Positions 35,701-48,670 are shown, numbered from the stretch's first letter. The stretch is DNA of 64,000 nt from Klebsormidium nitens (GCA_000708835.1 DF237257.1:1-64000); one strand, 5' to 3'. The notes: generated by a model not told the origin, from the letters alone. Program-made: numbers and translations.

Positions 35701-38152
35701 CGATCTGCAGGCCAAGCTGGCAGAGGCGGAGCAAACCGCACAGAAAGCCAAGGTGAGTCGGGAGTTGCAGTCTTGCGTTTATTTCCATAGTCATAACTCG
35801 GTTGTTTTGGAAGGGGGTCGCAAGGGAGTCGCTCGTGACTGTTACTGTGTCAGTTCAGTGTGTTTCTGCTATGAGAGCTGCTGTCGAGGTGACTGCTAGG
35901 TGGAAGTTCGAGAAATTTTCTGTCTTCCATTCATTACCAAGTTTCTCTTTGTTTCGCCGGGCCTTTCATAACTTCCGGACTGATGAAGACGTATGTCGTT
36001 GTCTCATATAAGACGACCCTTCTCTTGCCCTTCACTATGTGAACTCAGGTTCTGACCTTCACGATTTTCTGACCCTCAGATTGCACACCACGCTATCTCC
36101 TCTTTATTCATCAATAAATTCCAATATGCTGAGCTAATCCGGAACTTGTAACTAGGCTGAGGCGAAGACGGAGGCGGAGCGCGTGCGGCGGGAGGGCAAG
36201 GAGGGCGCGGAGCGCGTGCGCGAGCTGGAGGGGCAACTAGAGTGGGTGCGCAGCGAGCGCGAGGAGGAGGTGCAGACGCTCAAGGCGGAGCGGAAGGCGC
36301 TCGAGCAGCGCGCCCGAGAGGCCGAGGCGCAGCTCGCGCAGATCAAGAGCCGCAAGAAGGACGAGCTTAAGGTGGGCTTCAAATTCAAACGAGCTTTTCG
36401 TTCGGGAGTGGGGGTCCTGAACGGGAACTTTGAAAAACCTAAAGCCCGGACAAAAAATGCGAGGCAGGGGCGCAATTTGCACAGACCAAGAACTGCAGGA
36501 CGAGCCCAAGCTGGGCTTCGACGTGGAATGGCTAATTTGGGAGAGGGGTTTGAAGCGGTTTCAACGTATTCGGAGGGCTTTGAGTTTGCATTTATTGTTG
36601 CCTCACCCGTGTTACATTCTCCGTCAAGCCTACCGTGTTTCTTGGTTTCTTAGCCTTTGCGAAGACGTCGGAGAAGACAGAGAGACTGTTCCTTATCACG
36701 AAACTGTTTCCGTCTCGCTGAGCAGCGCGTGATGAAGGAGAAGAACATGCGGGCGGAGCGGCTCAGGACGGGTCTCACTTGCTTTCTAATCAAAACGTTT
36801 CGCAGACGCTGAAATCCAATGAAAGAAAGATCAGAGAAGCTCTCAACAGCTTAATCAAGCCACTCAAACCCGCATTTTCTGCTGCAGCGCGTGATGAAGG
36901 AGAAGAACGTGCTGGCGGAGCGGCTCAAGACGGCGGAGACGTCGCGGCAGAAGTTCGACGAGGAGATGAAGCGCGTCACGAGCGAGACGGTGGGCAAGGA
37001 CGAGCTGCGCAAGACGCTCGAGAACGAGGTCCGCCGGCTCAACTCCAGGATGGGCCAGACCGAGACGGGCCTCCGCGAAAAGGAGGAGCAGGTGGGGGCA
37101 ATATTTTGTCTTCCTCAGAAGAGTTTCAGATGCCATTGTCTGTCTTTGTGCTCGATTGCCGTTGGGGCTGTCTCGAGACAAGTAAGTCTTCTTGCCTCCT
37201 CCTCTTTCGCTTTGCTGTACTTTCCAAGCATTTACCAGAGCTAATTCATATTGCTCTACTTTCGGTCTCTGCAAGCGGTGTCTTTTTCTTCGTCCCTTTT
37301 GCTTCGAGTGGTACGTCCTCCTTGTCTCTCCGTTCTCAGCTACTTCCTTAGCTGGATCCGCTGTCCTATCTGGATGCCTTCCTAGGATTTTCTTGGTTCT
37401 CTAGACCCCGTGTTGCAAGGTGCACCGGGATGCTAAGGAGGATTCAGCTCTTGGCGACTGCCCAATCTACCAAAAAACATATCTTGACCTACCCCGTGCC
37501 ACGTGTCCAGATCCTGCGCTGCGAGGCGTACATCGACGGCATGGAGGCCAAGCTGCACGCGCACCAGGACTACATCCAGACGCTCGAGGCCAGCCTGCAG
37601 GAGGAAATGCAGCGGCACGCGCCGCTCTACGGTGCCGGCCTCGAGGCACTGAGCCTGAGCGAGCTGTCCACGTTGGAGCGGATCCACGACGAGGGGCTCA
37701 AGCAGGTGAGGGCCCTGCAGCAGCAGCGGTCGGCGCCGTCCCGGCCCGGCTCAGGGCACGGTCCGCTGCCCAACGGGTCAGCGGGGCCTTCGAGCGGGGG
37801 CGCGGTCGTGCGGCCGATCGGCGCGGAGATGAAGGGCGCCGGGGGGCGGCCGAATGGGATTGGGATGGGGATGGGGGGGATGTCGCAGGGGGGCGGGATG
37901 GGGGGGATCTCGGAGGCGGGGGGGATGGGGGGAATGTCGCAGGCAGGGGGGATGGGGGGCATGTCGCAGGCAGTGGGGGCGATGGGGGGGGTGGGGGCGA
38001 GTTTGTTTGGGGGAGTGCAAGCCGGGGGACAGCCCCGGGCCGTGGCTTCGAGCAGGAGCATGAGTCCGGCGCCGCCGAACGGGGGGGTGGGGAATGGGGC
38101 GCACATGAATGGGAACCATGTGAACATGAACAGCTGGTTCCAGCCTGTATAG
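26784..38152 (+). CDS. Multi-MATH (TRAF-like) domain protein with C-terminal coiled coil (At2g25320-like), 12 exons
   Basis: Exons 26784-28002, 29795-30280, 30606-30802, 31192-31427, 31858-32959, 33401-33628, 33977-34726, 35040-35215, 35572-35752, 36156-36371, 36888-37091, 37511-38152, all phases consistent. Four MATH domains (CKWTIAQF..YFEVGGYDCRLLVYPKGDSQALPGY; FTWKVHN; FLWRIENF; FTWRVENF) and a Glu/Lys/Arg coiled-coil tail. Confidence 0.95.
28899..29011 (+). repeat. About 45-nt imperfect direct repeat inside MATH gene intron 1, each copy ending in an acceptor-like tttctggcag|gcgaat
   Basis: gtcgctgctttt...gtttctggcaggcgaat occurs at about 28903-28942 and 28966-29011. Confidence 0.75.
29465..29794 (+). 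repeat. Two about 150-nt tandem copies of the intron end and 5' end of MATH gene exon 2
   Basis: True cgaccccag|gccagtcgcagccccccatgcatctgtccatg (29795). Copies cgactccaa|gccagtcgcagcccccatgcacctgtccatc (29649) and cgaccccat|gccagtcgcagccccccaggcacctgtccatg (29491). Confidence 0.9.
36715..36771 (+). repeat. Intronic copy of the acceptor and first 46 nt of MATH gene exon 11
   Basis: gcag|cgcgtgatgaaggagaagaacatgcgggcggagcggctcaggacgg (36726) versus true gcag|cgcgtgatgaaggagaagaacgtgctggcggagcggctcaagacgg (36888). Confidence 0.9.
37871..37990 (+). repeat. Coding 27-nt tandem repeat encoding (GGMSQAGGM)n
   Basis: GMGGMSQGGGMGGISEAGGMGGMSQAGGMGGMSQAVGAMGG in the last MATH exon. Confidence 0.85.
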
Positions 38153-39006
38153 AAGGGGGCGCGATCAAAAGAGTGCGGTTGTGAGCGTGAGTAGAGTAAT
38201 TGTGCAAACGCGTACTTTTGAGTGAGGTGCACAACGTCTGTAGAGGTGTTGGTGTCACAACCTGTCAAAGAGACACGGCCCAGCATTGTCATTGATTGGT
38301 TGTATCCGGAACAGTGCTGCATAAATCAATCGTGCGTGCACGCTTTCGGTCTGCATGTTCATCATAACGGATCCTTCCAGGACTCTGTGTCCTCGCATTC
38401 TGCACTGATCAATGCTAAAGCACTGTGTTCAATGCTCGTCAATGACAGCCCCGCAGGCCACTGAAAACAAGCAATTCATAACCTGCATGACGGTTTGAAT
38501 TCGCTGAAGACTGGGCCATGGCGCGGCATGCAAGGGCCGGGCGACTCTATTATGTTTAATGATTGACACGGCGGCCCATGCAGTATCCATGGTCTATAGC
38601 TGCATATTGAATCCTCGAAATCAATGACGGCCGTCAAGCAGACAAGGGCAGCTGAGCTCGGCCTTCATGAAACACAGGCTCTTGACAGGCTCTAGCTTTG
38701 CAACGTGACCTCGGAAGCAGTATTTCAACACCATTTCCGGTGCTATGTCGAAGCATGCCTTGCATGGCTCTGCATGTCTTGGGTTTAAGCCCTGATTGGA
38801 GGATCTCGGCAAACTACCGTCGTTCAATACAGGTCTGCAACGATGGAACCTTGAAAGACGCATTGAACAAACCTGGGACTCGTGCTCTTTATCTGACTCG
38901 CAAATCTACCCCAGCTCCGTTGTATGTCGCTTTGTTCAGGTGTATACTGCTTGCGACAGAACTATGCCCACTGCCTAAAGCACTGCATACGCAGAAGCTT
39001 TCCGTG

Positions 39007-41860
39007 CTATCCGTAAAACGCAAGCACTTCCTGCGGCACGAAGGGTTTGAGCTCAAAGCATGCCAGATCGTCCAGATTCGCAACATCCTTGTTGAAGTAT
39101 GACTCCACGAACTCCCCAACCTCGTCTTCCGTCATACCCGGCGGTAGGTTAAGCTTGATCCTCTTCGGGTTAAAGAACTCTCCTGACGCGGGGGGTTCAA
39201 TCGTCGTGCCGCAAGCGGTGACGGCAGTCTTAGCGACGTCCTTGAAGAAGCTCCAGAACGCGTCCATGCCTTTGAACAACCTGTATTCGGGTGAGGGAGA
39301 TCTCAAAATAGTAGAACTCTGTTCCGGGAGATTGCATACGTCCGATTCATTCATATCGGGAGGCAAGACAAGCAAAACTGCAGAAGGCATGATAAAGATT
39401 TCGGCAAGCCTCAAGAATCCCCACCTGAAAGTAATGTTGTGCCAGCCGTCCGCCCCTCGGCCACTGTAGTAAAGCGCCGCCCTCCAACCGCAAAATCGGT
39501 AAGAAACTGCAATTTGCAGAAAGCTGTCGTGGAAACGGAATGCGACGCGTTGTCCACCAACAGGTGGATTGACACCACCATGCTTTGCAGCTCAAGAAGA
39601 CTTCAAGCACGGTCCATGAGCAGAACTCTAGCAACCGTTTGCAACACTTCAATGACGACTCAGATCTGAGTCTCGTTCAAGGCCGACCTCGCCATAAGTC
39701 TTACAGGCGGTCAAAGAGTGGTTCGAATGAAGCTCGACCATACAGGAAACTTCGGACGCATTGAACAGGAGGAAGAGGAAACGCATCAAAGTAACTGCTT
39801 ACCAGACGATGCAACAAACCTATCACCATGGCTCTTTCTACTGATAAACTGACCTGTACAACTGCAAATTGGGATTGCTGGGCCCACGCCAGAAACTCCA
39901 TCCGGAGCTGGTCCGTCTGCGAGGGGCGCAGCTTCTTCTTCACCTCGATCGCCGCCACTGATCCCATGTCGTACATGTTATGCCAGGCTTTGAAGTTCAC
40001 GGTGGTGTCGTTGCTGCTGCGGATTGGGAATATGGCACCCTTGAGCTTGAACCTCAAAGTCTGCATCACATGCACAAGCTTTCATCCACGCATTTCGGTG
40101 GCAGACCTGCTCAATCTCATATCTCAGAACATGCCCTTGTTCACTTATGAGTAACAGAGTCGGGAAGCAAGATCTATACAATTGCTCATGTGCAACATGA
40201 AGAATGGTAGTCAAACTTATGCAGACTGGGAGGCCGACAACGGCGCACCTTTGAGCGAGCGTCCCGGATCTCCAAGATGTCCTCCGCGAACGCCATCTTC
40301 TCCTCCAGTACCTTAACGTACGCCTCGCGCTGCGCTGGTTCGGCGCGCTCATCCCTGACGAGCGATTGGTCTTATAAGATGAGCTTGAAGTCTTTGAGCT
40401 CCTCGCCAAAGATGGTACTCCAGTATACTCGCCTCTTTTCTGAATTCGCTCAAAGATCACTTGACCCCTGGTATCTTCTACGATGAATCGTTTATCTGGT
40501 TTGCATGTTTCAACGTGCATGCTCAAACGTTGCTTTTATCCTGGGGGAAAAAGTCCTAGGAAGAAAGCGCTCTAAGAGCAACCCACACTTCTGGAAACCC
40601 TTGATCTCCACTATCGTGATGGTGTCCTATTGCCTGCATCTCCCTTTCCACAAGACTTTGTATGCTCCGGCGTTCTGCTCACGCTCTTCCTAACCATCCT
40701 CATCCCACAATCCTACATGAAGTTGAATGTTTCAGTCCCTTAACAAACCTTTTCAAGGACCCAGAAGCAGCAATCTATGCAGCAAGGTGAACAACTAACA
40801 AAGGCCCTTACCAGAAAGCGGACGGCTCCCCGCCTTCAGCATGCAGCGCCATGACTTCTTCCCATGTGGGATCCCCCTTGTAAGGGAGAAGCCGGAGGTG
40901 GAGCGCCTGGTACAACTGGTCGACCTCTGAAGTTTTGGCCTTGCTGGCTGACCTCGTGGCACTCAGCTCGCGTATCAAAGATGTCGTCAGCGGGTCGAGC
41001 TTCTCCATAACGAAACGTCGGTGCCATTCAGGCTCTTCATGAGCCCCTGCGAAAGCAACATGCTAGATCGTATTGGTGTCAACTGAACCACCTTCGGATG
41101 CAGTATAGAAAGGACTTGACAGTTGGTCATCTATCCCAATCTCAGAGTACTAGGTGGGACAATAACAAAAGCCTCTATGTCCGGAAATCCAGAGGGATTT
41201 GGGATTCTGTACCTCAGTGCGATTGTTGTGTACCTGACCTAAGGTTCCACTTGTGGAGAGTGCTGTCCGATTCCCTCTAAGCAAAGCGAGCTGCCTTTGT
41301 GAGCAGCAGTGGCACCCGCGCTTGCAACAGGCCCGTCGAAGCACAACTACCAGCAACGTTGCTGAACCTGACCTGATCAAATAGAAGTGTACATTTCTGC
41401 AACATCCTGCAAACCAATCCTGTTCCTCTGTTCTGCTGGATGCCTTATGTAGACCGCTAGGCAGAAGGTATGCAATGATAGAGTGCTGACCTTCATTCCT
41501 ACCTGACGTTGTAGCGGTTGCTTCGACAGGCGTGTAGATGTACCACCCAGCTTTCAGCTTCTTCTCATCCCCCGCAACATCTTGCCCACCCTCCCTCCGC
41601 AGCGTGCCATCTCTCCTTAACTTGGTCGCTAAAGCCTTCAAGACAACCTGTGCCGATCTTCCTGCATCATAGGATGCCTGCACTTCATCGCTGCCATCCA
41701 GCTTGATGATGATGTGCTTGGCTGGATCATGCGCCATTTTCTTTGATGCGCTGACGTGCTTGAGGAGGGTTGTCAACTGGCCACCATTTCCTCTGTCAAC
41801 AGTGAAAAAGTTTCGATCAGGATCGAGGGGCGCAGGCGCGCGCCGGGCCGAGGCCGCCAT
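39007..41860 (-). pseudogene. Multi-exon pseudogene resembling Crinkler/CR-type proteins (header domain plus PD-(D/E)xK REase fold)
   Basis: Exon-like blocks (minus): 41860-41503, 41046-40812, about 40470-40247, 40060-39854, 39506-about 39424, about 39282-39007. Core reads KTLRFKLKGAIFPIRSSNDTTV...SVAAIEVKKKLRPSQTDQLRMEFL...FAVVQ-FLTDF (D...ExK, Q-x-x-x-E, VV-x-LTD). Lesions: a frameshift at about 40440, in-frame TAA at 40372-40374, and a likely frameshift at about 39480. Confidence 0.55.
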
Positions 41861-42333
41861 CCTCAAGCGGCCGCGGGGCTAGGCTTTTACAGGCGCCAAG
41901 CCCTGAACCCTGAAACGAAATGACCGAGGCAAGCCTGCGCGGCCGCCTTCTCAAACCTGCGCGCGGCCGCGGCAGATTTTGATACTTCGGATGTGCATGA
42001 TTGAGAATTTGAGAATTTGAGAATTTTAAATCTAATTCTAACGGCTTCTGTTGCGCCTCCATGGCTACCGGTCCTCAAAATGTGCTCCTTTGGCTGCTTT
42101 TGACGGGCAAATCGACTTATATCCATGCAGCTGGTTACCATCCGACTGAACTGTTTGGCACTGGTGGGCCAGTGGTGGCAGCTGCACAGCATCTCTTTTC
42201 AGGCTCAGCACTTGCGTTTGGATCCCAACGAGGTATGCGTCAGGTGCTGTTCAGGCCCAGTTTAGCCAGGTCTTTCTTGTCAGCACAGGTCTTTCGTGTA
42301 GCTTCGTTCGGTACACCCTGAACCTCAGCATAA

Positions 42334-44180
42334 ATGGAGGCGGTTCTGAAAAGTGGGCGGTTGTCAGGCGCAGGGCAGCTCGTACTGCTGCAGGGCTACA
42401 GTCAGCAGCGATTGAGGGGTGTGGAAGATCCGTCAAAACACGTGAAAAGCAAGGTCTGCGCAGCTGCTGGTGGCCCGTCTGTCCAGAAGCTGCTAGCGGA
42501 AAGCCTGAGAATGGCGGAAGGAAATGTTAAGGTGTCCCTCGAAATGGCGCAGGATGCTGCGAGCAGGGCATCCGAGGCAGAGAAGAAGTATGCGGAGGCG
42601 AACGCGCAGCTGAAGGTTAGCGAGAGCAGCAGGAGGGAAGTTATCAACCTGCTCTTGGACAAGCAGGGCCGCAAGGACATTCGAAGCGCCATTGGTGAGC
42701 AGAAATGTGACTTCCACCTTCAAGGAAGGTCTAAGCTCTATTGGAGGGGAAATAGGATGCAGCCCAGAATCTCGGCAGGTTGGAGATTATCCGAAGTTCG
42801 GGGCTTTTGCTTTGTTAACCTGCTCTGTGTTTGAGGGTGCGGACTAGTCATGTCCAAGCTGCTACTGTCGCTGAATCGATTATCGCTTGCAAAAGCCACT
42901 TATTGCATGGCACTCTTGTGTGCCTGTAAAAAGAGCACCACATTAAAGGCCATCACCCGAGTTCAAAGAGGGCGTCTGCTTGCAAGTTGTAGCTTACCAA
43001 GTTTCATGGGGCCTTCTGTACCCTTTCCGCTATGTCAGCAGAGCTGGTACATAGCGTTGCCAGACTGCTCCTCTTGTTACCCCTCTCAATCCCGCTTTCC
43101 AGAAAACTCTCTACATGATTGAAAACAAAGTTCCGGGGCATTTTGCACAGACGTCTGCATTTTATCTCTGTAGAAGTGGCGAGCGAGGTGCCTGCACTCA
43201 CCAACGTCACCATGTTCAAGGGTGTCCGGGGGCCCCCCGCTGTGATCGACACGCTTCTCAAGGACGCGACGGACAGCCTCGGTTTCATGAGCCGGATCAC
43301 CAATGTCTGCTCACAAGCTGCCCTGCGGCCTCAGGACATACACGACAATCTGCGGGACATCTACCACCGGTACGCATCTCAGATTGTTATAGCGCTCCTT
43401 CATTGACTCGATCTCAGGGTCCGGTTAGATAACCGTCAGTTGGAGCCCCTTTAGAGCAACTTTTTCGGGAGAGCATCAAGGCATCCTTTCAATTGCACTC
43501 GAGATCAGTAACAGGTTTGTGAACATGTTTGGGTGCAGAACTGGAAGCAAGGGAGCAGCCTCTAGAGCCTATTCTTGTGCGTACCTGCAGATTTGCCTCC
43601 GGGATGCACGGGCAAGAGTGGCCCGTTGTGGTCATCAACTCCGCTCACATCTCGGAGACCAACCTCCGAGCGGCGCTGGCTATCTTGTTCGATTTCGCGG
43701 GCATCAAATACGTGTATGTGGACAAGGGCACCGTCGTGCATTGCCCTTACAAGCTTCCGGGGGATCCCCTCGTGACCGTACGCCTTGTTCTCTTTTGAGA
43801 CCCTTGCATCGGAAGTTTTGCTTGGCTTTCAACATACGATTGATGCACAGGTAGTAGGCTTGTCTCGGTCCACCACACGTTCGCTGTTCTGGGGCTGGTC
43901 CATTATGTGTCTAGGAGATTGCTCGAAAGACGTTTTGAATCACATGCTCGCCACAGTTTGTACCTTCAGTGGAAGTTTGATACCAGATGGTCTTGCCACC
44001 CCTCCCTTGCTCTGTCCCATGTCCGAAATTGCACGCTTTTAAGCAGATTGTCCAGTACAATCAATTCGACGACAGTTCTTTCTTCGCGTGCAGACTGATC
44101 TCGGGATGACGCTTGAGGAGATACAACTCTACCTCCAAGACTATCAAAGCGCGACCTTGACCCGAGACCTAACAGTCTAG
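42334..44180 (+). CDS. Hypothetical protein, about 276 aa, 4 exons (N-terminal coiled coil plus unknown globular C-terminal domain)
   Basis: Exons 42334-42694, 43174-43369, 43591-43777, 44094-44180 give one open frame with GT-AG junctions. C-terminal IYHRFASGMHG.EWPVVVINS...ALAILFDFAGIKYVYVD...CPYKL. The last exon is least certain. Confidence 0.65.
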
Positions 44181-45176
44181 TGTATAGAGCTTTGCAAAAG
44201 ACGCGTGTCAGACCAAGTATCATTTAAAGGCAGCGGCCTTTTGATGACATTCTTGAATGGTGTTAGGGGCTTTGTAATTGATGCATCAACGAAAATGGTT
44301 AATGGAACAAGACCTAAGCTAGCAGTCGATTGCACGTCCACCAACCATAGCATTCGATCGGTGGCTTTGATCAAATGAGATTGTCATAGAAGGTAAGCAA
44401 CGTCTAAGGTACAGCTTGGTCAAGAAGTCTCGTCTTTAGTCCACACGACACTTCAACGGTTTTCTGCTAACCAGGGATCCCGAATTAATGCAACTTGATC
44501 AACCCTTGATGCAGTTCTTTTGATCTTTTAAGTAAAGCGTTCGTCCTTACCTGGCCGGCCGTATCTTCAAATTTCTAGCCTTTGACTTAGCCGCTTCACA
44601 TCTACAACACCACGTTGCCAGGAGGTGCATGATGAGCTAGTGCGGGAAGGCATCTTTCAAAAGTCGTGACAAGAAGCATGCACAAGCCTTAAGACGCTGG
44701 CAGTGGTGCAGAGTCCGGAGAAATGCTTCCAACAGTTACTGAGTCGAAAGCTCTGTTGTTATAAGCGAGCAACTGACTATTGCATCTGCGCATGGCCCGC
44801 GACCATATTACTACATAACAATTAACAACTTGGGATCAGTTTGGCAATTGAATGCATGCATGTATCATATCAATCGTTGCATGCGCCAGATGTGCCGTCA
44901 TATTTATATTTCTCTCAGTGGTTAATACTGCGTTGTTGAGGCTGGCCGCAGTGACAAAAAATTTGACCATTGCCAGTATAAGGCAATGGCGCGCCGTAAA
45001 AGCACATGCATGCAATAGATGGTCATGTTGATTCTGCCGCCCATGCAGGACTGCATGTGCAAATATTGCAGCATGCGCACATGTGTGCGTCCTACACATA
45101 CAATCAAGTAAATCAAGTATAATTAAGCCGGTATATATGTAATCATTATATAGGGAAGAGGAGGGGTAGCAGTAGT

Positions 45177-48100
45177 TTGAGACTTTCACTTTGGAATTGC
45201 CAGGGTTGGGGTGAAGAAAAGGCCGATGTTCTTTTAGAGCTCAGTTGTAAATTAGAGACTGAGGTCATTCTCTTGACCGAAAGTTGGGCTAGGCCACAAG
45301 AAAAGCTTGTTAAGGTGCGAGGGTTCCAAACATTTGAGCAGCCGCGTGGTTTTAACCATCAAGCCGCCTGGCGAGGAGCGGGGGGTTTGGCAGTTCTGGT
45401 TTCAGAAGCATTGGCATGCAGTGGTGTCTCCCAGTGGAAGGCTGGTCTGGGTGAAAGCCACATGTGGCTAAAATTCTCGGGTCTTGGGCCAGCGGGCAGA
45501 GATCTTTTCCTTTGCTTAGTTTATCTCCCTCCGGAGCAGTCTTCATGGTATCGTCAAGCTGGGATCTCAGTGGAGGAGGTCTTTGAGCAGCTCAGGGACG
45601 AAGTGGGAGAAGCGCTGCTATGTGGAGAAGTCTTGCTCGCAGGAGATTTCAATGCTAGAACGGGCGTTGTTCCTGATTGGATGGATTGCAGGGACCTCCA
45701 TCTCCTTGCTCAAACGCCAGATGCAGAGTGCTTTAGTGAGGTAAAATGCGCAACGCCAAGAATGTCCCAGGATAACGTGGTCAACGCATCGGGAAGACTT
45801 CTCCTCGAATTCTGTAGGACAATAGATTGCAGAATTTTGAACGGTAGATCGAAAGGAGATGGAGAAGGAAAAGCTACTTGCTTTCCTGCAAGTGGCGGAA
45901 GAAGTTTGGTAAATGTTTTTCTCTGTCCAGCTTCTTTCGTCAAGAACGTCAATCTGTTGAGCGTGTTTGAGGAGCTGCCCGAGTCTGATCATCGGCTGGT
46001 GACGTTGAGCATTAACCTTCGTAGCAAAAGTCGGAGTTTTGGGACCGATCAAGGAGATGCAGGAAACGCCAAAGGGGAAAGCCTGGCGGAGCAGACGTTT
46101 CCAAGAGTACAAGAAGGAGGGATCCCTCGTTTTCAAGAATTGTTGGCTTCTTCTGTAGAACTGCTTCTTCTGGCCCAAAGCTCAAAAGGCATTTGATCCT
46201 TCGCAAGCAGCTGCAGATTTAGAAGAAGCCATCGAAAGTGCTGCCTTAGAGGCTTTTCCTACGCCGCAATCCAGGAAGGATTTTGTAGGGAGTGGTAGTC
46301 CAGCCTGGTTCGATACCGATTGTCGAACGGCCCGTAGGAGATTTCGAGACGCTTTGAAAGCAGGTGGGCCGTCTCACTTAAGCAGCCAACTAAAGAAGGA
46401 GTATCGAAAGCTTGTCCGGAGGAAGAAACGGGCTTTTAGCAAGTACCGCGCGGCCAAGTTAGAAGATCAAATCCTGAACAGTCCAGGTCGCTTCTGGAAG
46501 CAATTTCGAAAGAAAAGGCAAGGTCTAGGTCTGGCGCATAAGGAAGGCCTTGTCAGGCATTGCCAAAACTTGTATGAGCAGTCGGAAGTGGAGGAGGATG
46601 TCCTTGCAGATGCGACACACGCATCGCATGGTTTTGAGGAGGTCATACAAGCGAGAGGAAGGAGCGAAGGTCTGGAGGGCCGAATTTTGGAGAGCGAGGT
46701 CGAAGCAGCGTTGAAGGGCCTCAAGAACGGAAAGAGCGCTGACTTAAAAGGTTTCACGGCTGAGTTGCTAAAAGCAGGGCAAAAGCAGCTCGTAGCGGGG
46801 CTAACCCAGGTTTTTAACCGGGCTTTCGAAGAGGGCGTGTTTCCGAGTAGTTGGAACGAGGGTGTGCTGGTTGCCATTTTCAAAAAGGGGGACCCGTCAG
46901 ATTATGGCAATTATAGGACGGTGACAGTAGGGCCAATCCTTGGCAAGCTGTTTGCGACCGTCATCAATCGAAGGCTGACGGAGTGGGCGGAGAAAGGGTC
47001 GATTCGGGCGAACGGGCAGGCAGGGTTTCGGAAAGGGTTCCGAGCGGCGGATCATCTTTTGGCGCTGCGGGTTCTGATCGAAAGATGGGGTCGAGGTAGA
47101 GATCGTCACCTCTTTGCCTGCTTTGTCGATTTTAAGAAAGCTTTTGATTTGGTGCCAAGGCAAAAGTTGTGGCGACGGTTGAAAGAACTAGGAGTGGGAG
47201 AAGAAATGCTGCAAAGTGTGCAGAGCATGTACACTGATGTCCGTTGCCGGGTTAGAGGAGAAGGTTGGATTTCGGAGGAGAGCTTCAAGAGCAGTTGGGG
47301 AGTTAAACAGGGGTGCCCGTTGAGTCCCCTTCTGTTCGGTTTGTACATAGACGGTTTGGAGGAGTCGATGCGCGGGGAGGAAGATCCGACGTTAAAGGGG
47401 GTCAGATTTCCGCTTTTAGCGTTTGCGGATGATGTGCTTCTTTTGTCGAGGAACCCGGAGGGTGATCTGCAAAGAAAGCTGAGGCTGTTGGAAAAGTTTT
47501 CGAAAGAGAGCGGTCTTTCTGTGAATCTTCAAAAGACGCAGATTGTGGTCTTTGGCGGTCGGTTCAGCAGTCAGAAGGGAAAGCACGACTTCGAGTATGG
47601 CGAAGAGCTGGTCGAGATTGTCCAAAGCTACCGCTATTTGGGGGTCCAGTTCAATTGCAACGGGAAGTTCACAGAGGCTGTTCAGCATCTGGTAGAAGCT
47701 GGGCGGAAGGCAAGTTTTGCGATGGAAAGGAGGTGTGCCGAGCTGGGGTTGCGCAGAGCGAGCACGAGGGTGGGCTTGTTTGACGTTTTGGTTAGCCCAA
47801 TCCTTGGGAATGGAGCGGAGGTCTGGGGCCCCGGCTACGGTCCGGAGTGGGGTTGGAACGGCGATGGGGACGGTCCTGAGAAGGTGCATCGCGCGTTTCT
47901 AAGGGGTTTGTTGAAAGTTCGGAAATCGTCGCTGTCCAAGGCGGTCTTGGGAGAATTCGGTCGGTTCCCCTTGGTGATCAGACGTTGGGCGCAGGTCTTC
48001 AAGTTTGTCAACCGGACGGCAAGTCTTGCAGAAAACCGGTTGGCCCGCTTGGCATTCGAGGAGTCGAAGGAGATGTGGGCAGCAAACGAAGGCGGGTGGT

Positions 48101-48670
48101 ATGCGAGGATTGTAGGAAAGGCTTGTGAACTCGTTTCAGCAGATGAGAGTATAGGTGTTCTAAACCTGGCGTTGCTTCAAGAGAGGTCTGAGATGGCATA
48201 TATGCAAGATCTAAGAGAGGGGTACGGCAGAAAGTTTTGCACGTACTTTGAGGATGTCAAGGAAGGCTACTCCTTTGAGTCTTTCATAGATGAAATAGGC
48301 GTCTCCAAGTACTTCGACACTCTAGCCAAATTCAGAGTCGGAGCCCACAAGCTTGCTATCGAAACAGGGAGTTGGCAAGGGATTGCTCGCGAGGAGAGAC
48401 TCTGCCAGGTGTGCACGTTAGGAGCAGTAGAGTCAGAAAGGCATTTTGTCTATAATTGTCCGGCCTATAGCGACATTTGAAAAGTCTTTCACATTCTATT
48501 TGCGAACAGGGAGAATAGGAATTTGAAAGCTTTCCTTAATTTGCAGGACAAGTATGCGGTAGGTAAATTTCTGCATACTTCTTTAGAGAGGCGAGCTAGC
48601 ATAACAGGACAATCGTCGACTTAGCCAATCATGGCTCCGAAACGACGTTAATCAAACAATTACAATTACG
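45177..48670 (+). mobile_element. Non-LTR retrotransposon (LINE) ORF2: APE endonuclease, reverse transcriptase and C-terminal CCHC zinc finger; inactivated; RTEX/CR1-like clade suspected
   Basis: EN motifs LWNCQG, LTES, GGLAV, VYLPP, AGDFNAR, SDH. RT motifs QAGFRKG, FVDFKKAFD, GVKQGCPLSPLLF, FADD, YRYLG. Zinc finger CQVC..ESERHFVYNCPAY. Frameshift at about 46165-46180, premature TGA at 48478-48480 with the frame continuing to TAG at 48624, short CAATTA-repeat tail at about 48657-48670. No ORF1 visible. Confidence 0.95.
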
